This document shows, one piece after another, positions 26,501 through 38,603 of a stretch of 64,000 nucleotides of DNA. The notes below the pieces were generated by a model. That model was not told where the DNA came from. It ran no database searches and saw only the letters and a list, made by a program, of their open reading frames with translations. A program made the translations under genes and the position numbers. Every line of letters begins with the position of its first letter. Position 1 is the first letter of the stretch. Source of the stretch: Podarcis vaucheri (taxonomy: Eukaryota); the NCBI GenBank assembly GCA_965113315.1, contig OZ220363.1; one strand, given 5' to 3'.

Positions 26501-29500
26501 TGCATGTGTAGTTATCTAGTCACCAGTATTACAGTCATTCTGATTATGTGACTAAGCCAAGTTCTTAGGCAGACCAAGCTTTGTGTTGCTGCAAGTTTGC
26601 CTACTATGCACTGAATGGCATCACACACTTGCTTGGATGTTTGGTTATAACACAAGTCAACCTACCTACATTTCAGCTGACTGAAAGCAGCCTCTAAGCC
26701 ACCCAACACTCTCTCAGTTGTCTTGGAACAGCCTTAACCAGCGGATAAAGAGAATTCATTATCCAACCCAGTCTTTGTTGGGTTTATTACGGTATTTCTT
26801 AAAAGGCAGAAAGCAAATATGTGCACATAGGACCTCTACACATTCAGGGATCCCCATTCCATTAACTGGAGGGATCTGATTTATTCCTTTCAAATCTGAT
26901 CTATTGCTGGAACAAGAAGATTATTTGAAATTAAGTTCCTTTTCAATCAGTGGCACACACATCCCTCAACTATTGTCTTTAAAACCAGGGTTTGTGCACA
27001 TTTATTCAAGACAAGGACACAATTTAATACTGTGAGTCTTTCACATTAACAGTATTTTGTACATAGCACATAATGCTTCACAGGGATTTTTTCATTGATT
27101 TTCTACAGCTTTGGAAGCTTATTTGCAAATCTTGATTACCAGTTGATATTTTTCAGTCAGTGCTGTAGATTCCAACATTCCATTTTTTAACTTCTTCCAA
27201 GCTTCTTCTTCAAGCTTCCTTTTGAATACTGCAACAACAAAAATCCCCTTCTTTCCTGTCCTTCCTAGTGTGAACTGTAATTTATGGAATGCATGAGGAA
27301 AATATGTATTTCTACTTCTAAATACATCTTCAATTCTAATGTAGGCATTTATTCATACCTTTGTCCAGCAGCCACAAACTACAGTGTAGACTGAATTAAC
27401 AAATTTAGTATCTGTAATTTGCAGACATACTGATATTTTCTTATACTGTTTACAGACATACCAATATTTTGTTATACAACCTTATAAGACAGAGAGAGAA
27501 AGCTACAATATTTGCAGGGAATCCATATTAAAGGGGAAATGGAAAATTTTCTTATAACATATATAGATTCATAAAAATTATCTGTGTTATATTAAATTAA
27601 CGTAACCCTGTAAACTTTATTTATAACCTCTAAGCAAAGCACAAATAGGAAATAAAGGTGTATTTAAATGCTGCAGTTCATTATGGAACACTATGTTGTT
27701 ATAATAATCTTAAGATTGATCAGATGAACAAATGATTGATCTGTTATTTTTGATACTTACAGTGTAATCCTATGCATGTTTACTCGGACAAAAGACCCAC
27801 TGTGTTAAACAGTGCTTACTCCCTAGTAAGTGTGTTTAGAATCACAGCCTTAACCTGGTGTCTTTACCAGGAGAATTAGGAAGGGTCTCCACCCTGCAAT
27901 ATACAAAGAGTCTGATCCAGAATCATTTATTCACCAGTATATTTTGTCCCCCAACCCTTCTCCTTACTTCATTTTCCTGTAGTCCCCAAAGTTTCCAATG
28001 GAATCGATTACAAAGTCTGTGTACTTTAGGATTGCAGCTTCTGAAGAAGGCCCTGATCCAGCTGTAGTCATGGGCCATCAGGCATAAGAACTGGTGTCCC
28101 GTAATTGGCATCAAGTGATGCATCCAGCTAGTTCAAAGTGGCTTGGGTGAGAACCATAACGTGGAAGGAGATGAGCATCTGTATTTATTTATGTGCACAG
28201 ACGTTATTTGCTGGATTGGCCAGAAGCCTTCAGAGACCAGGCCTGCAGTTCCTCCACAGTCTTTTCTAGACTGGCTAAAGTAACTGGCTTTGCCAGTTCA
28301 CTTCAAAGCCAGATCACAAGTTTTGCTGCTCGACAAATACTGTACAAGAAAGGAGGCGGCAGCAAAGCTGATAAGGGGTCATAGTTATTTAATGAATAAC
28401 AGCCCAAACCTAGCCATGTGTACTCAGAAGTGAGTCCTGTTGAATTCAAGGGGGGTTATTCCCGGGTATGTGGGTTTTATGCAGGGGGAAGGGAACAGAA
28501 GACAGGCAAATGGCCACATTCAATGGCCTGCTGAGCTCTTGCTGGTGTAGTCAGAAGTGAGGTTGGAATGGATCTTTTGTTTTTCCTTGTCTTCTTCCTG
28601 ACCAAGAATTTATTTTAGGCTAGGACACAAAGGTTTCCACAGGGAGAGTATCAATGAAGTTGGATCTTCCTCTGGAGGGCAGAGCTTTGCCCTTATAGTG
28701 TGAAATTGAATCGGTTTTATGGCCATGGAACACCTCAGTGATCATAGGGTTGCAGGGTCTGTCACATAAAATGATATTTATACAAGTTCAGACAACGTAA
28801 GGAACTGCAGAACTGTGTTTCATGTCTTTGCCTTTGTACAAAAGGACCAAACAATATTCTTATGGGACCATGTCAATCGACTTGCACATATAGAAATACC
28901 TCCTGATTTTTAAGACATTTATAAGAAAGCAAGCGGTATATTTTTCACCAGGATGAATGAGATCTGTTTTTCTTTTATTTCCTTAGCAGTTAATTATAAA
29001 GTATCTCTAGTCCTATGGCCTTGCTATTACCCAAGCACATTGAATGAGCAAATAAGAGTTATTAAAACCTGAGGAACAGCTTAAATACAATGTAGATGTT
29101 GTCTCTTGGCACACCAACTGCACAGCACACAGAGCAGAGGATATGTACTGAAACCATCAACGATCCATGAAACAGGTATATTTAACTAGAGAAACCTGTT
29201 GTACATGCCTTGCGTTTGGGTGAGCAAACTGTACAGTAGATCTAGAATGTTGTCAATGTAAACTTATTTTGTAATCCTCTTCTATTTTAAAAGCAGAGTT
29301 TTCAAATACTCTCGTAATTAGAGCCAAATGTGTTCTAGTGGTAAGATAAAAGTACTAATGATAGCTGTCAAAGCATGACACTCTTATGAATACCAGTCTT
29401 GGTGCGTTGTTTTCCGCATGAAGAACAGTGCCTCTCCGCACTTTGTGTAGATAATGTAGCTTATCTTCGTGTAATTTCAGTGAAATTGTGTATACAGTAT

Positions 29501-31539
29501 TAATAGTTGCCATTTGGTTTTTAATTTAACATCAGTTATGCTGGAGTAGAAACTTTATAATATGTTCCGAACAGAATTTGGGTTGGGTTGGCTGCTTGTC
29601 AGTATTTCCATCCCCAGGTATTTATCAGAATAATCTCCATAGGCAGATAACTGGTTTTATATGTTGATAATATAAACATGTTGGTGCATGTCAAAGTCTG
29701 AATAATTGTTGGAACCTTTTATTGCAGCCGACTCATTGTACATATGTTAGTCTTTGTTTTTATATATCTAACCAGCAGCATGCAAGTGTGTGTGTATGTT
29801 TGTAAATCCCTGGCACTTAGTGAATGTGACTGGCCGTCTCATTTTGCTGCACTGTGAATGCAATATCACTGCTACATTAAAGAATTAATGTAGGCATATT
29901 ATTCTGAGTTTATAATAATATATTTTCGTCTGTATACCTGATATGTTGGAAATGTAGAGACATGATTATTAGTAAGTCGCTGCATCAGTTAGCTCATTGG
30001 TCAGAAGTAAAAACAAACCTTGCTGTACTCTTTACTTTGGATGCCATGCTTATCGTTTGCAATTGCAATGTCTGTTTCTGCTTTGCAACATGGACTCCTG
30101 CTGTCATCCAACAACATTTCAAGATTCCTCTGATGTTCATTTGCTTTCACTTGTTCACTGACAACAGTATCCACTGAAGAATCTGAATAACCTGAGCCTG
30201 TCATTTTGCTTTAAATCAAGGCACAGACATGCCTGTTAACTATAGACACTGGACTGTTTCCAGCTAAGTTTACTCAGAATAGACACACTGAAATTAATGG
30301 ACCCAAATTGGCCAAACCCATTAATTTCAATGGATCTACTCTGAGTTTATCTAATGCTGGATGCAAGCCTATCATTATCATTCTTAAGATTTGTGTTACA
30401 CCAGCTAGCCAGAAGCACAGAGTCAATACTGCTTCCATTTTTCAAAAGTAAGCATATGAAAAATTATAACAAATCCCATTCATGTCAGTTTTGGAAACAG
30501 ACAAACAACTGTGTTTTTGAGGTGTGCTTTACCTGTTGTGTTTATGTGCAGTTGTATCTCAGAATTTCCATGCACCAGTAATCATACTTTTTATATATTA
30601 AGAATTTGAATGTCTCTGATAATAAAGAAGCTCTCTGAAAAAGAGCTACTAGTGGAAAGGCTGGCAGGATTCACTGTTGCTTTCACTCAATAAATGTAGC
30701 ACCTTTACTGTGGCATATTCCATGGGATAAAATATCCCATACGGAAGCTAGTTGTCATCTGCCTTAAAAGTACTCTATAGCTATTCCTTTTTTCGATTCC
30801 GGCTTACCTATTGTGAATTGCCTTTAGCAATTGCTGAAGTGGCAAATCACTCTGAGCCTGATGACCGCAAGTGTGTGAGACAACAGAAGGGGAAAGCCAC
30901 AAAATCTCAAGATCTGTGCATGTGTTCTTTTTCATATGCAACTATGGGCGAAATCCTATACACATTCATGTGGGGGTAAGTTACATTAAACTCAATGGAA
31001 CTTACTTCCAAGTAGATATGTATAGGACTGTGCTGTTTAGGGAAATTATTGCGCTCAGGGCCTTTGAGATCATGGCCATTGTGTATATCATCAATTTGCA
31101 GTTCTTCCCTTGAAATGTGATGTGATCCATTTAGAATACATCCAAAAGACACCATAAGCCTGGTCTTTGACATTGATTGGAAGTGTTCATCTGGGAATCG
31201 AAATGATGTACTTGTACAGTTCCTGTACCACATTTTGTGTAAAGACTAATGAATGCAGATGCGAAAACTTTCTATTAACTCTGGTTACTTTCTTGTATAT
31301 TGTAATGGGAATGCCTCATTTACTGAGTATATTTTTTTTGTAGTTTATAGTTCTAATTCTCCTAATCTTTATCTATACCTCCTTTAGTAACTACAGTATT
31401 TGCTTTTAATACTTTCTTACTGTGTGAACTGATTTCTGTAACTTATGTATAAAACAAAACTGGACATTCTTTATATACTGGAAATAATCAGCGAAGACAA
31501 TATTTCACTAAGTGTTGTACTTTTTATGTACATATCATC

Positions 31540-31545
31540 AATAAA
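31540..31545 (+). terminator. Candidate distal polyadenylation signal (AATAAA) of SLC1A2
   Basis: ...tgttgtactttttatgtacatatcatcAATAAAtgtgg; upstream TGTA motifs and downstream GT/T-rich sequence. Confidence 0.55.
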
Positions 31546-32095
31546 TGTGGATTCATAATTTTAACGGTTAGAGCGAGTGTCAATTATTACATATCAACTC
31601 TGAAAAGAATATGTTATGTGTTTGTGCAAAGTATTTTATTCCCCGACACTATTTCTACTTAGTATATGTAAATCTCTATTTTAAATTATTTATACATGGG
31701 GAGTTTTTTCGAGTATGACTCAGCTAAGGAAGTCTGTTCTTTTCTGGCAAAGAGGTCTGAAACCATACGTCTGACACAACCAAGCTTGCCTTGTTACTTA
31801 AATTTTGTGGTTTCGATATACCAAAGTTGATCAGAGAATAAATAATCTAAAATCAAAGGTTTCCAGTTGTCCCAGTGCAACGTGCTTTCTAGGCCAACGC
31901 TGTCCATGCACCGCAGACTGTTACATCAAAGCAGGTGAACCAATGGCAGCTGAAGGACATTGCACTTGGGTAGCAGACTTGTCTCTTAAGCAGCTAATTA
32001 TGTCCAACACAGAAACAGAAAACCAATTTTTAAACTCCTAAGCAGTGATGCTTCAGTCAGGGAGTTGGTGAACAAAAAAGGGCTGGAAAACTACT

Positions 32096-32109
32096 TTTAT
32101 TATTTTATT
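32096..32109 (-). terminator. Candidate distal CD44 polyadenylation signals (two AATAAA on the - strand)
   Basis: + strand tttatt at 32096-32101 and 32104-32109. More proximal candidates lie near 33937-33965. Confidence 0.3.
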
Positions 32110-34568
32110 CATGTCAGGACCAGGGATATTGGGTGTTTTCGTTTAAAGGAAATATCATCTGGCTTCAACTTAGAAAACAATGGAGATCGTTTCTGTAGAA
32201 GAAAACTGCCAAGCGTCAGTAAGTGTTTATAACTTTTGGAGACCACCAGTGTCCCTGATACAAATGGGGGGGGGGAGAGCAATGAAATAAATAAGCCACA
32301 GCTGTTTGAATATGCTGGCTAGAAGAAAATCCTCTGCCAGTGACTCAAGGACATCTAAAAGACGTCTGCTGACACCACTGTGCCTTGGAAAGGGAGTGAA
32401 TGAATGGCATTCTAATTGTTCCCACATGACACTAAAACAGTAAAAATGGTTCTCTCCACTTGGAAAGAATCCACAGGAGTGGGGGCTTTTAAAAGGTGGG
32501 TTCAAAAAGAGGGTATGCTGCTAGGAATCCGTAGCATTTCTGACTGTAAAGAAAACTAGGATTTTGCAGTGGCAATGGTGAATAAAATAAGAAACAATTC
32601 GTAGTGTTATTATCTGACAAGGTGCAAACATGTTTAAACAGCCAGAGCAGGGTGGAGGGCTAATGTTCGTCTACACAGTGTAGTGTGATCCAGATTAACA
32701 ATGTGGTACAGATGTCAATGCTTACCCCAAGCTGTAGCATTGATGCATGGAACACTCCTTCCACAAACAGGCCTACATTTCTGCATTGGTATGATAATGT
32801 GCATGGTGTTAATTAGGAAGTAATTAGGAGTTTTTAGTTTTTTTAAAAAATATGTCTCTTAAGAAAATTGGACATAAGAAGAACAAGGAACTGTGGTGAT
32901 ATATTTGCAACTATTTACTGTTATTCAGCTTCATAATATTTGTGTTTGATTTTCTCAGAGATTTTTATGTTAGTTTAGCTTAGTCCTACAGGTGAGTTGT
33001 ATTTCTCATAGCATTTGTCATGTGTAACCAACAGGCCATTTATAGCTTTCTACTGGAAAGGAAGCGATCATTTGCTATTCATCTCTGTGGCATATGGAGA
33101 CTGCTGTGGTTATTTTTATGTGCCCGGTGCAATCAAATGAAGTGTCTGAAGGAAAGGTTAAAACCCCTCTCCAACATCATGTTGCAAATATGATTCAGGT
33201 AATATGAGACGAATGGACTGTGTACATGCTAGTTTCCTAAGAAGGAACATATTCTCAACAGAGTGCAACCACCACCATAGTGCTGCTATGCACAAAAGCA
33301 ACTTATTGCCCACACACGGCCTGCTAGGATGGGAAATGTGTATGCAAAGGAATGCTGTACATGTGCGGTTCTTGGACCTCTGAATGGTTCTTGGAGCTAC
33401 CAGTAGCAGACAGTGTGTTGCAGCAATGGCACTCACCTGACCTCTGATCAGCCACATTGCTGCTGCTTTCAGGAAAGGAGAGTTAAGTGTGGTGCAAATG
33501 TACCAGCAGAGCCAATCTGGCACCTCTGCTAGTGTGTCCGCACTGCACCAGCCTCTCCTTCTTCCTAGTAAGCAGCTGTGATACAACTTATGAGTGCCAT
33601 CACCCCACCCAACCATCTAACTAGCAGTTACATGTGCTGTTTCTGACATTAGGCTGGCAGCCATGCATGGAACTCCAAAATGGAAAGAGTTATTTGAAGT
33701 AGACACAACACCCAGACATATAGGGTTTCGATTCAGACCCCCAATTCATTGGAAACATACAAAGGATCCCATAGAAAATCTACTGTTGTACATCCATTAT
33801 ATCTAAATGTGGTGTAGTCAAATGGAGCTGAATTAATACTTTTAACAAATATTCCAACTATGAACCATGCAATAGATATGCAACTTTGAAATGCAAAAAC
33901 AACATCACAGATTATTTAGATTATAGAGAATAAAAATTTATTTGCTATAAAATCAATTTTATTCTTACTCGCCTTTCCACCCTATTAAAAATTGTTACTG
34001 GACATTCCTGGAATTTTTGGATAAATTTGTCTTTCTGTATTCAATTATTCAGGACACAATTCCAAATATCAAGAAGTGAGTGAGATTCAAAAAGATGACA
34101 AATCCTTCAGGGCTAAGTGACAAATAAGAATTCTGTTCTGAAGTCTCCCTTTGCAATTAATATTGACGTTCTAGGCCTCAAGGTTATGCTCAGTACTTTA
34201 ATGCCTTAAAGGCACTGGCTAGAGATCCTGGTGACTCCATTACAATATAATGAGGGGAAAGCTGCACAAGTTAGGGGAAATAAGTTGAAGTTGGTGTTCT
34301 GCCTTATCAAACAGTAGACCACAACTGGGAGACGGGTGATGTTGGTGGTCGCCCATCTGAACCGGGCAAAATTAAGCAATCTTGAGCAGAGGAAACACGA
34401 CATTTTTATCTTGTACCTGACCATTAAAAATAGAGAAAGAAGAAAATGTATGCTTAATTATGCTTCAAAGACATCAGTAGCTCATTGCATTTGTGAGTTC
34501 TAGTCCCAGTTCCGTGCATTGTTTTTTTGCTTCTTCACCTCTGATGAAATTGGATTGGCGCAGCTCTC

Positions 34569-34776
34569 TTACACGCCACTCTTCAGGGCCACTTCTTGTT
34601 GGTTCTGCGTTTCATCAATTGCCTGGAATTCATCTGTTTGGTTTTCTGGCTTCTCATCATGCACCAAATGAACCATTTCCCGAGATCTACTGGCTTCTCC
34701 ATTCAATCCACCCTTGTTTTTCTCATTTATGCCTCCTTTGCCATTGTTGATAATAAGTTTTTGCTTCTGCCCACAT
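34569..34776 (-). CDS. CD44: CD44 terminal exon, long cytoplasmic tail (CGQKQKLIINNGKGGINEKNKGGLNGEASRSREMVHLVHDEKPENQTDEFQAIDETQNQQEVALKSGV*)
   Basis: ccattag acceptor in phase 2; resembles human CGQKKKLVINSGNG...GLNGEASKSQEMVHLV...DETRNLQNVDMKIGV. Confidence 0.96.
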
Positions 34777-35823
34777 CTAATGGAAAGGGAAAAACATGGG
34801 ATGTCAAAGCACACAATCACATTAAAAAGTGAAGTAAAACTCACTGATTCTGTCTGGGTTAATCAAAGCTTTAAAACATAAGAAAAGTCCAACATCCTGC
34901 CCTCACTTTGGCCAACAAGATGCCTATGGGAAACCTGCAAGTATGCATGTAGTATTTAATCTTGTGATATTTGAAGAAAAACTATGTTTTCAGTTAGGAT
35001 GCCATTTTGATTTATAGCTTCCAGACTGAACCATTTTAAAGGAAATGTTATCTGCATTTGATCATGGTTGGTCTGTGCTTGTCTGCTTCTTTCAAGACAA
35101 AGGAGGAAAACAGCAGCTACAAAAGGTCAGAGACTATCATTAATTAGTAAACGTTTATGTCCACACTTAGATCCATGCATCAACTTACAAACTAGCAGGA
35201 AATACTTCTGAAAAGTACCTTCTGTGTGGTAGAGAAGATAAAAACAACAACAATGAAGTAACGTGACTTTGATAGGACTGGAATGCAGATTGCAGCCAAG
35301 GTAGTAATTCTCAGTCCACAGTCAGTGGAGAGCTGTCCGCTCATGACTCAAAATGGGTTAACAGTATAGGATCATCTACAGTTACAGGCAGGTGGGTGCT
35401 TTGCTGCGTGGCAAAGAAGCCCACAAAAGTTACAAGCCTGCAATTTTTACTATCGTGCTGAGAGCTGGAAGGAGGAGGACAAGGACTTCCATCTCTCCTC
35501 TAACCTACTGCATTTCTATGCTGGGCTCAGAAGACAGGGCTTCCTTGCTTTGGCAGCCTACTTGGTTTCTATGCTGGTTGCATAGGACGAACGGAGAGCT
35601 CCATCCCTCCTGTGCCTGCCTGCTCTCACAGTGGCCACCTAGATGCCTATGGGATGCCCACATGCAGGACTGAGCACCCTTTAGGAAAATACTTGTATAG
35701 TGCAATTTCATGTCAAAGGGGAAAAAACACATTAAAAATACATAGTTGACAACCTCTCTCTCCCTCTCATCTATCTATCCATCCACACACCCACTATAAA
35801 AACAAGAAAAAAATTAAACTTAC

Positions 35824-35837
35824 TGATTACCAGCTAA
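35824..35837 (-). CDS. CD44: Candidate CD44 short-tail exon (exon 19-like), giving ...NSRRS*
   Basis: - strand ctgtaatag|TTAGCTGGTAATCA|gtaagt; AG+T TAG reads Ser-stop after the TM exon. Confidence 0.4.
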
Positions 35838-36111
35838 CTATTACAGTTGCAAGGTTAAAAGATATTCAGAAGCATAAAGAAGTTCCTTCATTGCTTACTT
35901 ATTTAAATATTTACCAGCCACACTTTTGTATAAATGCACTATTGTGTGCCTTGACATGTGCTTTTCAATGGACATCTCTTGAAAGAAGGAGCTGCTTTCT
36001 CCTTTGTATTATTTAAAGATGTCAAATCTTGGATCTTGGAATTTCCCAGCAACAAGACTAAAAGAAAGTTCTGGCACTAACCAGTGGAAATTTACAAAAG
36101 CCATTCCTTAC

Positions 36112-36190
36112 CTCCTTCGACTGTTCACAGCAATGCAAACACCAAGTATCAATGCCAGTGCCAAGAGAGAAGCAACTACAATAAGCCAAT
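36112..36190 (-). CDS. CD44: CD44 transmembrane exon ([27 protein letters not shown])
   Basis: cccacag acceptor, AG|gtaagg donor, 79 bp; close to human [27 protein letters not shown]. Confidence 0.97.
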
Positions 36191-37097
36191 CTGTGGGTGG
36201 AAGTTCGAGGGAGGGGAAAAAACATGGAAACTTTTACTGGCTAGTCATCTGGATAGAGAGTTGACACAGTAGTTGACATAGTATCATTAATAACCCCACT
36301 TTATTTCCTTAAAGGACCCATGCTTATTGTTTTCTTTCAATGTATGAAGCAACAGAGTGAGGTTTCCTCTCAGGTCTGGCTCACAAATATTCTTTCCTCC
36401 CCTGCATGCCCATATAAATGGCAAAAATAACTGTATGGAGACTCTTTTGTGAGAAGTGGGAAGCATACAGAAACCTGATCATAACAGCTGGTACACAGCA
36501 CTGCTGTGACTAAGAAAATGGCTGCTGCTTGTTTCCAGGTTCTTCCTTCGTTATGCTAAGATTTCTCCACAAGGCTGTGTATCCACATACAAGGCTGCAT
36601 GAAGGAAATACTTGCAAGGAACTAGCATGGTGCTGCAATATAATTTTTAAAGGTGGGTTCAGCCAGGTGCCTGCCCCCGCCCCTGGACTCCCCATCTCTG
36701 ACCCAGATAGGATGAGCAAGCAAACAACGATGGTGCTGAAAAGAAACAGTAGTAGCTGCTGCCTCCTGCTTCCTCACAGGCTCTGTCTGGCAGTGGCAAC
36801 TAGCAACAATGACACTGAGGGAGACCAGTGAGAGCGACTTGCCCCCGGGCTCCCCAGGAACTGATAACTAAGTTCCTGAGACGTTCCCTCCTGTTTCCTG
36901 CTACACTGACCTTGCAAATACATGACAAAAATGAAGCCACTTTATAATGAATCTGGTGGCCTATGTAACCAAGTGTTTTCCTTGTCTACCTGGCAGAAGA
37001 TCCTGAAATGTAAGGTGACGGTCATGCCTAGACTGAACCTTTAACTTAATTTCTCAGTGATTTAACCTAAGAAGTTCTACATGCAAAGCATCTAGAG

Positions 37098-37305
37098 CTG
37101 TGGTTCCCAAAGTGGGGCACACGCCCCACACGGGGGCAATTTGAGAACGAGTTATTAACAGTGAATGGCCTTTTAAGCTTCCTCCACGTGCATAGGAGTT
37201 CACTTCTTAAATAATAAGAATTATATGTCACCAGGGTAGGGTGGGGAATCAGGATTTTAGAGGTGCTGAGGTGGGGCATGGCCATAAAAAGATTGGGAAC
37301 CACTG
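37098..37305. mobile_element. hAT-like MITE
   Basis: TIRs ctgtggttcccaa...ttgggaaccactg; 8-bp TSD atctagag/acctagag. Confidence 0.75.
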
Positions 37306-37405
37306 ACCTAGAGGCTCACCACTTCCAGTGGTGGCAGTGAGAGGAGCAATCACAAACCAACAGGACTTTATAATAAACATAAATGGTAAAAGTAAAGACA
37401 CCAAC

Positions 37406-37504
37406 CTGGTATGATAGCCATTCGTGGCTCGCTTTTTGGCGATTCCCCTGTCTGGTCAATGTGTGTCCCTCTTCCGGACCCCTTCGGGTCATTTGGGTTA
37501 TCAC
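37406..37504 (-). CDS. CD44: CD44 membrane-proximal constant exon (xDNPNDPKGSGRGTHIDQTGESPKSEPRMAIIP)
   Basis: ttttatctag acceptor, CAG|gttggt donor, 99 bp, phase 1/1; PRMAIIP resembles human RTPQIP. Confidence 0.88.
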
Positions 37505-38417
37505 CTAGATAAAAAACAAACAAAAATGCATTACTCACAAAACATTAGAGCTGTGTTATATAAATCTGGAGCCCTTGAGTTTTCACAGACAAAAAAAATA
37601 CATGATATTGTCAAAGGAAACACAGGTGCGTTGAGTTTCATAACAAGGCCCTATTCCTTGACACGGGAATGGTAAAGTACAAGGATACAGCAGTGCTTAA
37701 GCTCCATATAAATCATAGTTTCCTCAGAGCTTTCATTTGGGTTTCTCCCCATCACACCTTGTTTGCCAACCATTTCAAAAAGCCTTCTTTTGTAAAATAC
37801 TGGCAGACTATGCTAAGGGAAGGGAAAAGTGGGATCCATTTCTCTATGAAAATTAAAATCAGTTTTCCAAACCATGATAAAATGCTTTCTTCTTTTAAAT
37901 TTCCAGCTAGTGGTATATTTATTTTATTCTTTAGCCCTGTATTTTGAGTTCTTCTGTGAAGTGTATCCCTGTAGCAATCAGGGTGAAACTGCCTTTCCAT
38001 AACACCACATACACTTATCAAATGCATGCAAATGCCGCAGACATTAGCTAATATTGCTACAGTATGTGTAATTGTTTGTAGTGACACTTATAGAAATACA
38101 GTATGTATTAATCTGTTACTAATTTGAAAATAGTTCCCGTAAGTGAGAAAAGGGAGAAAAATCAACTAATCTCCAAAACTGGAGTGACAGAAAGATTGTT
38201 GAGAAACGATCACACACCTTCCTTCGACTAGTGCAAACGCATTCATTAAAATCAGAGTTTGATCATGCATCTTTGCAAGAAGCCATGAAATAAACAGAAT
38301 GTAATCACAGTAAGATTTCCATCTAAAAGCTATTTGTTTCCACACCATATTTCCCCAGGATTTTGATGTATGGAAAAGTAAAGGTTAGCTGAAGTTCCTG
38401 GAATTTATAACTCTTAC

Positions 38418-38603
38418 TGGCAGTAGGCGATGATGGATGTCTGTCAGAACCACTGTCAATTTCAGGAAAAACTCCAGGTAATACATAATCTTGAGTGCCA
38501 TTTACAAGAGGCTCTTCTTCAGTGCTCCATTCAGGACGCAATTCATGTAACTGTGGATCTTGTGTTGATTCTTCAGTTTTGGTTCCATCCTTTGAGACTA
38601 CTG
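38418..38603 (-). CDS. CD44: CD44 stem repeat exon R11 (AVVSKDGTKTEESTQDPQLHELRPEWSTEEEPLVNGTQDYVLPGVFPEIDSGSDRHPSSPTA)
   Basis: acaacag acceptor, A|gtaaga donor, 186 bp, open, phase 1/1. Confidence 0.85.

Larger units (their letters stand above)
21927..31565 (+). other. SLC1A2: Probable long (~9.6 kb) 3' UTR of SLC1A2 GLT-1a mRNA
   Basis: Non-coding, AT/TGTA-rich and poor in young TEs. Ends at AATAAA 31540-31545 preceded by TGTA elements. Mammalian EAAT2 mRNA is known to carry a very long 3' UTR. The end position is inferred. Confidence 0.6.
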
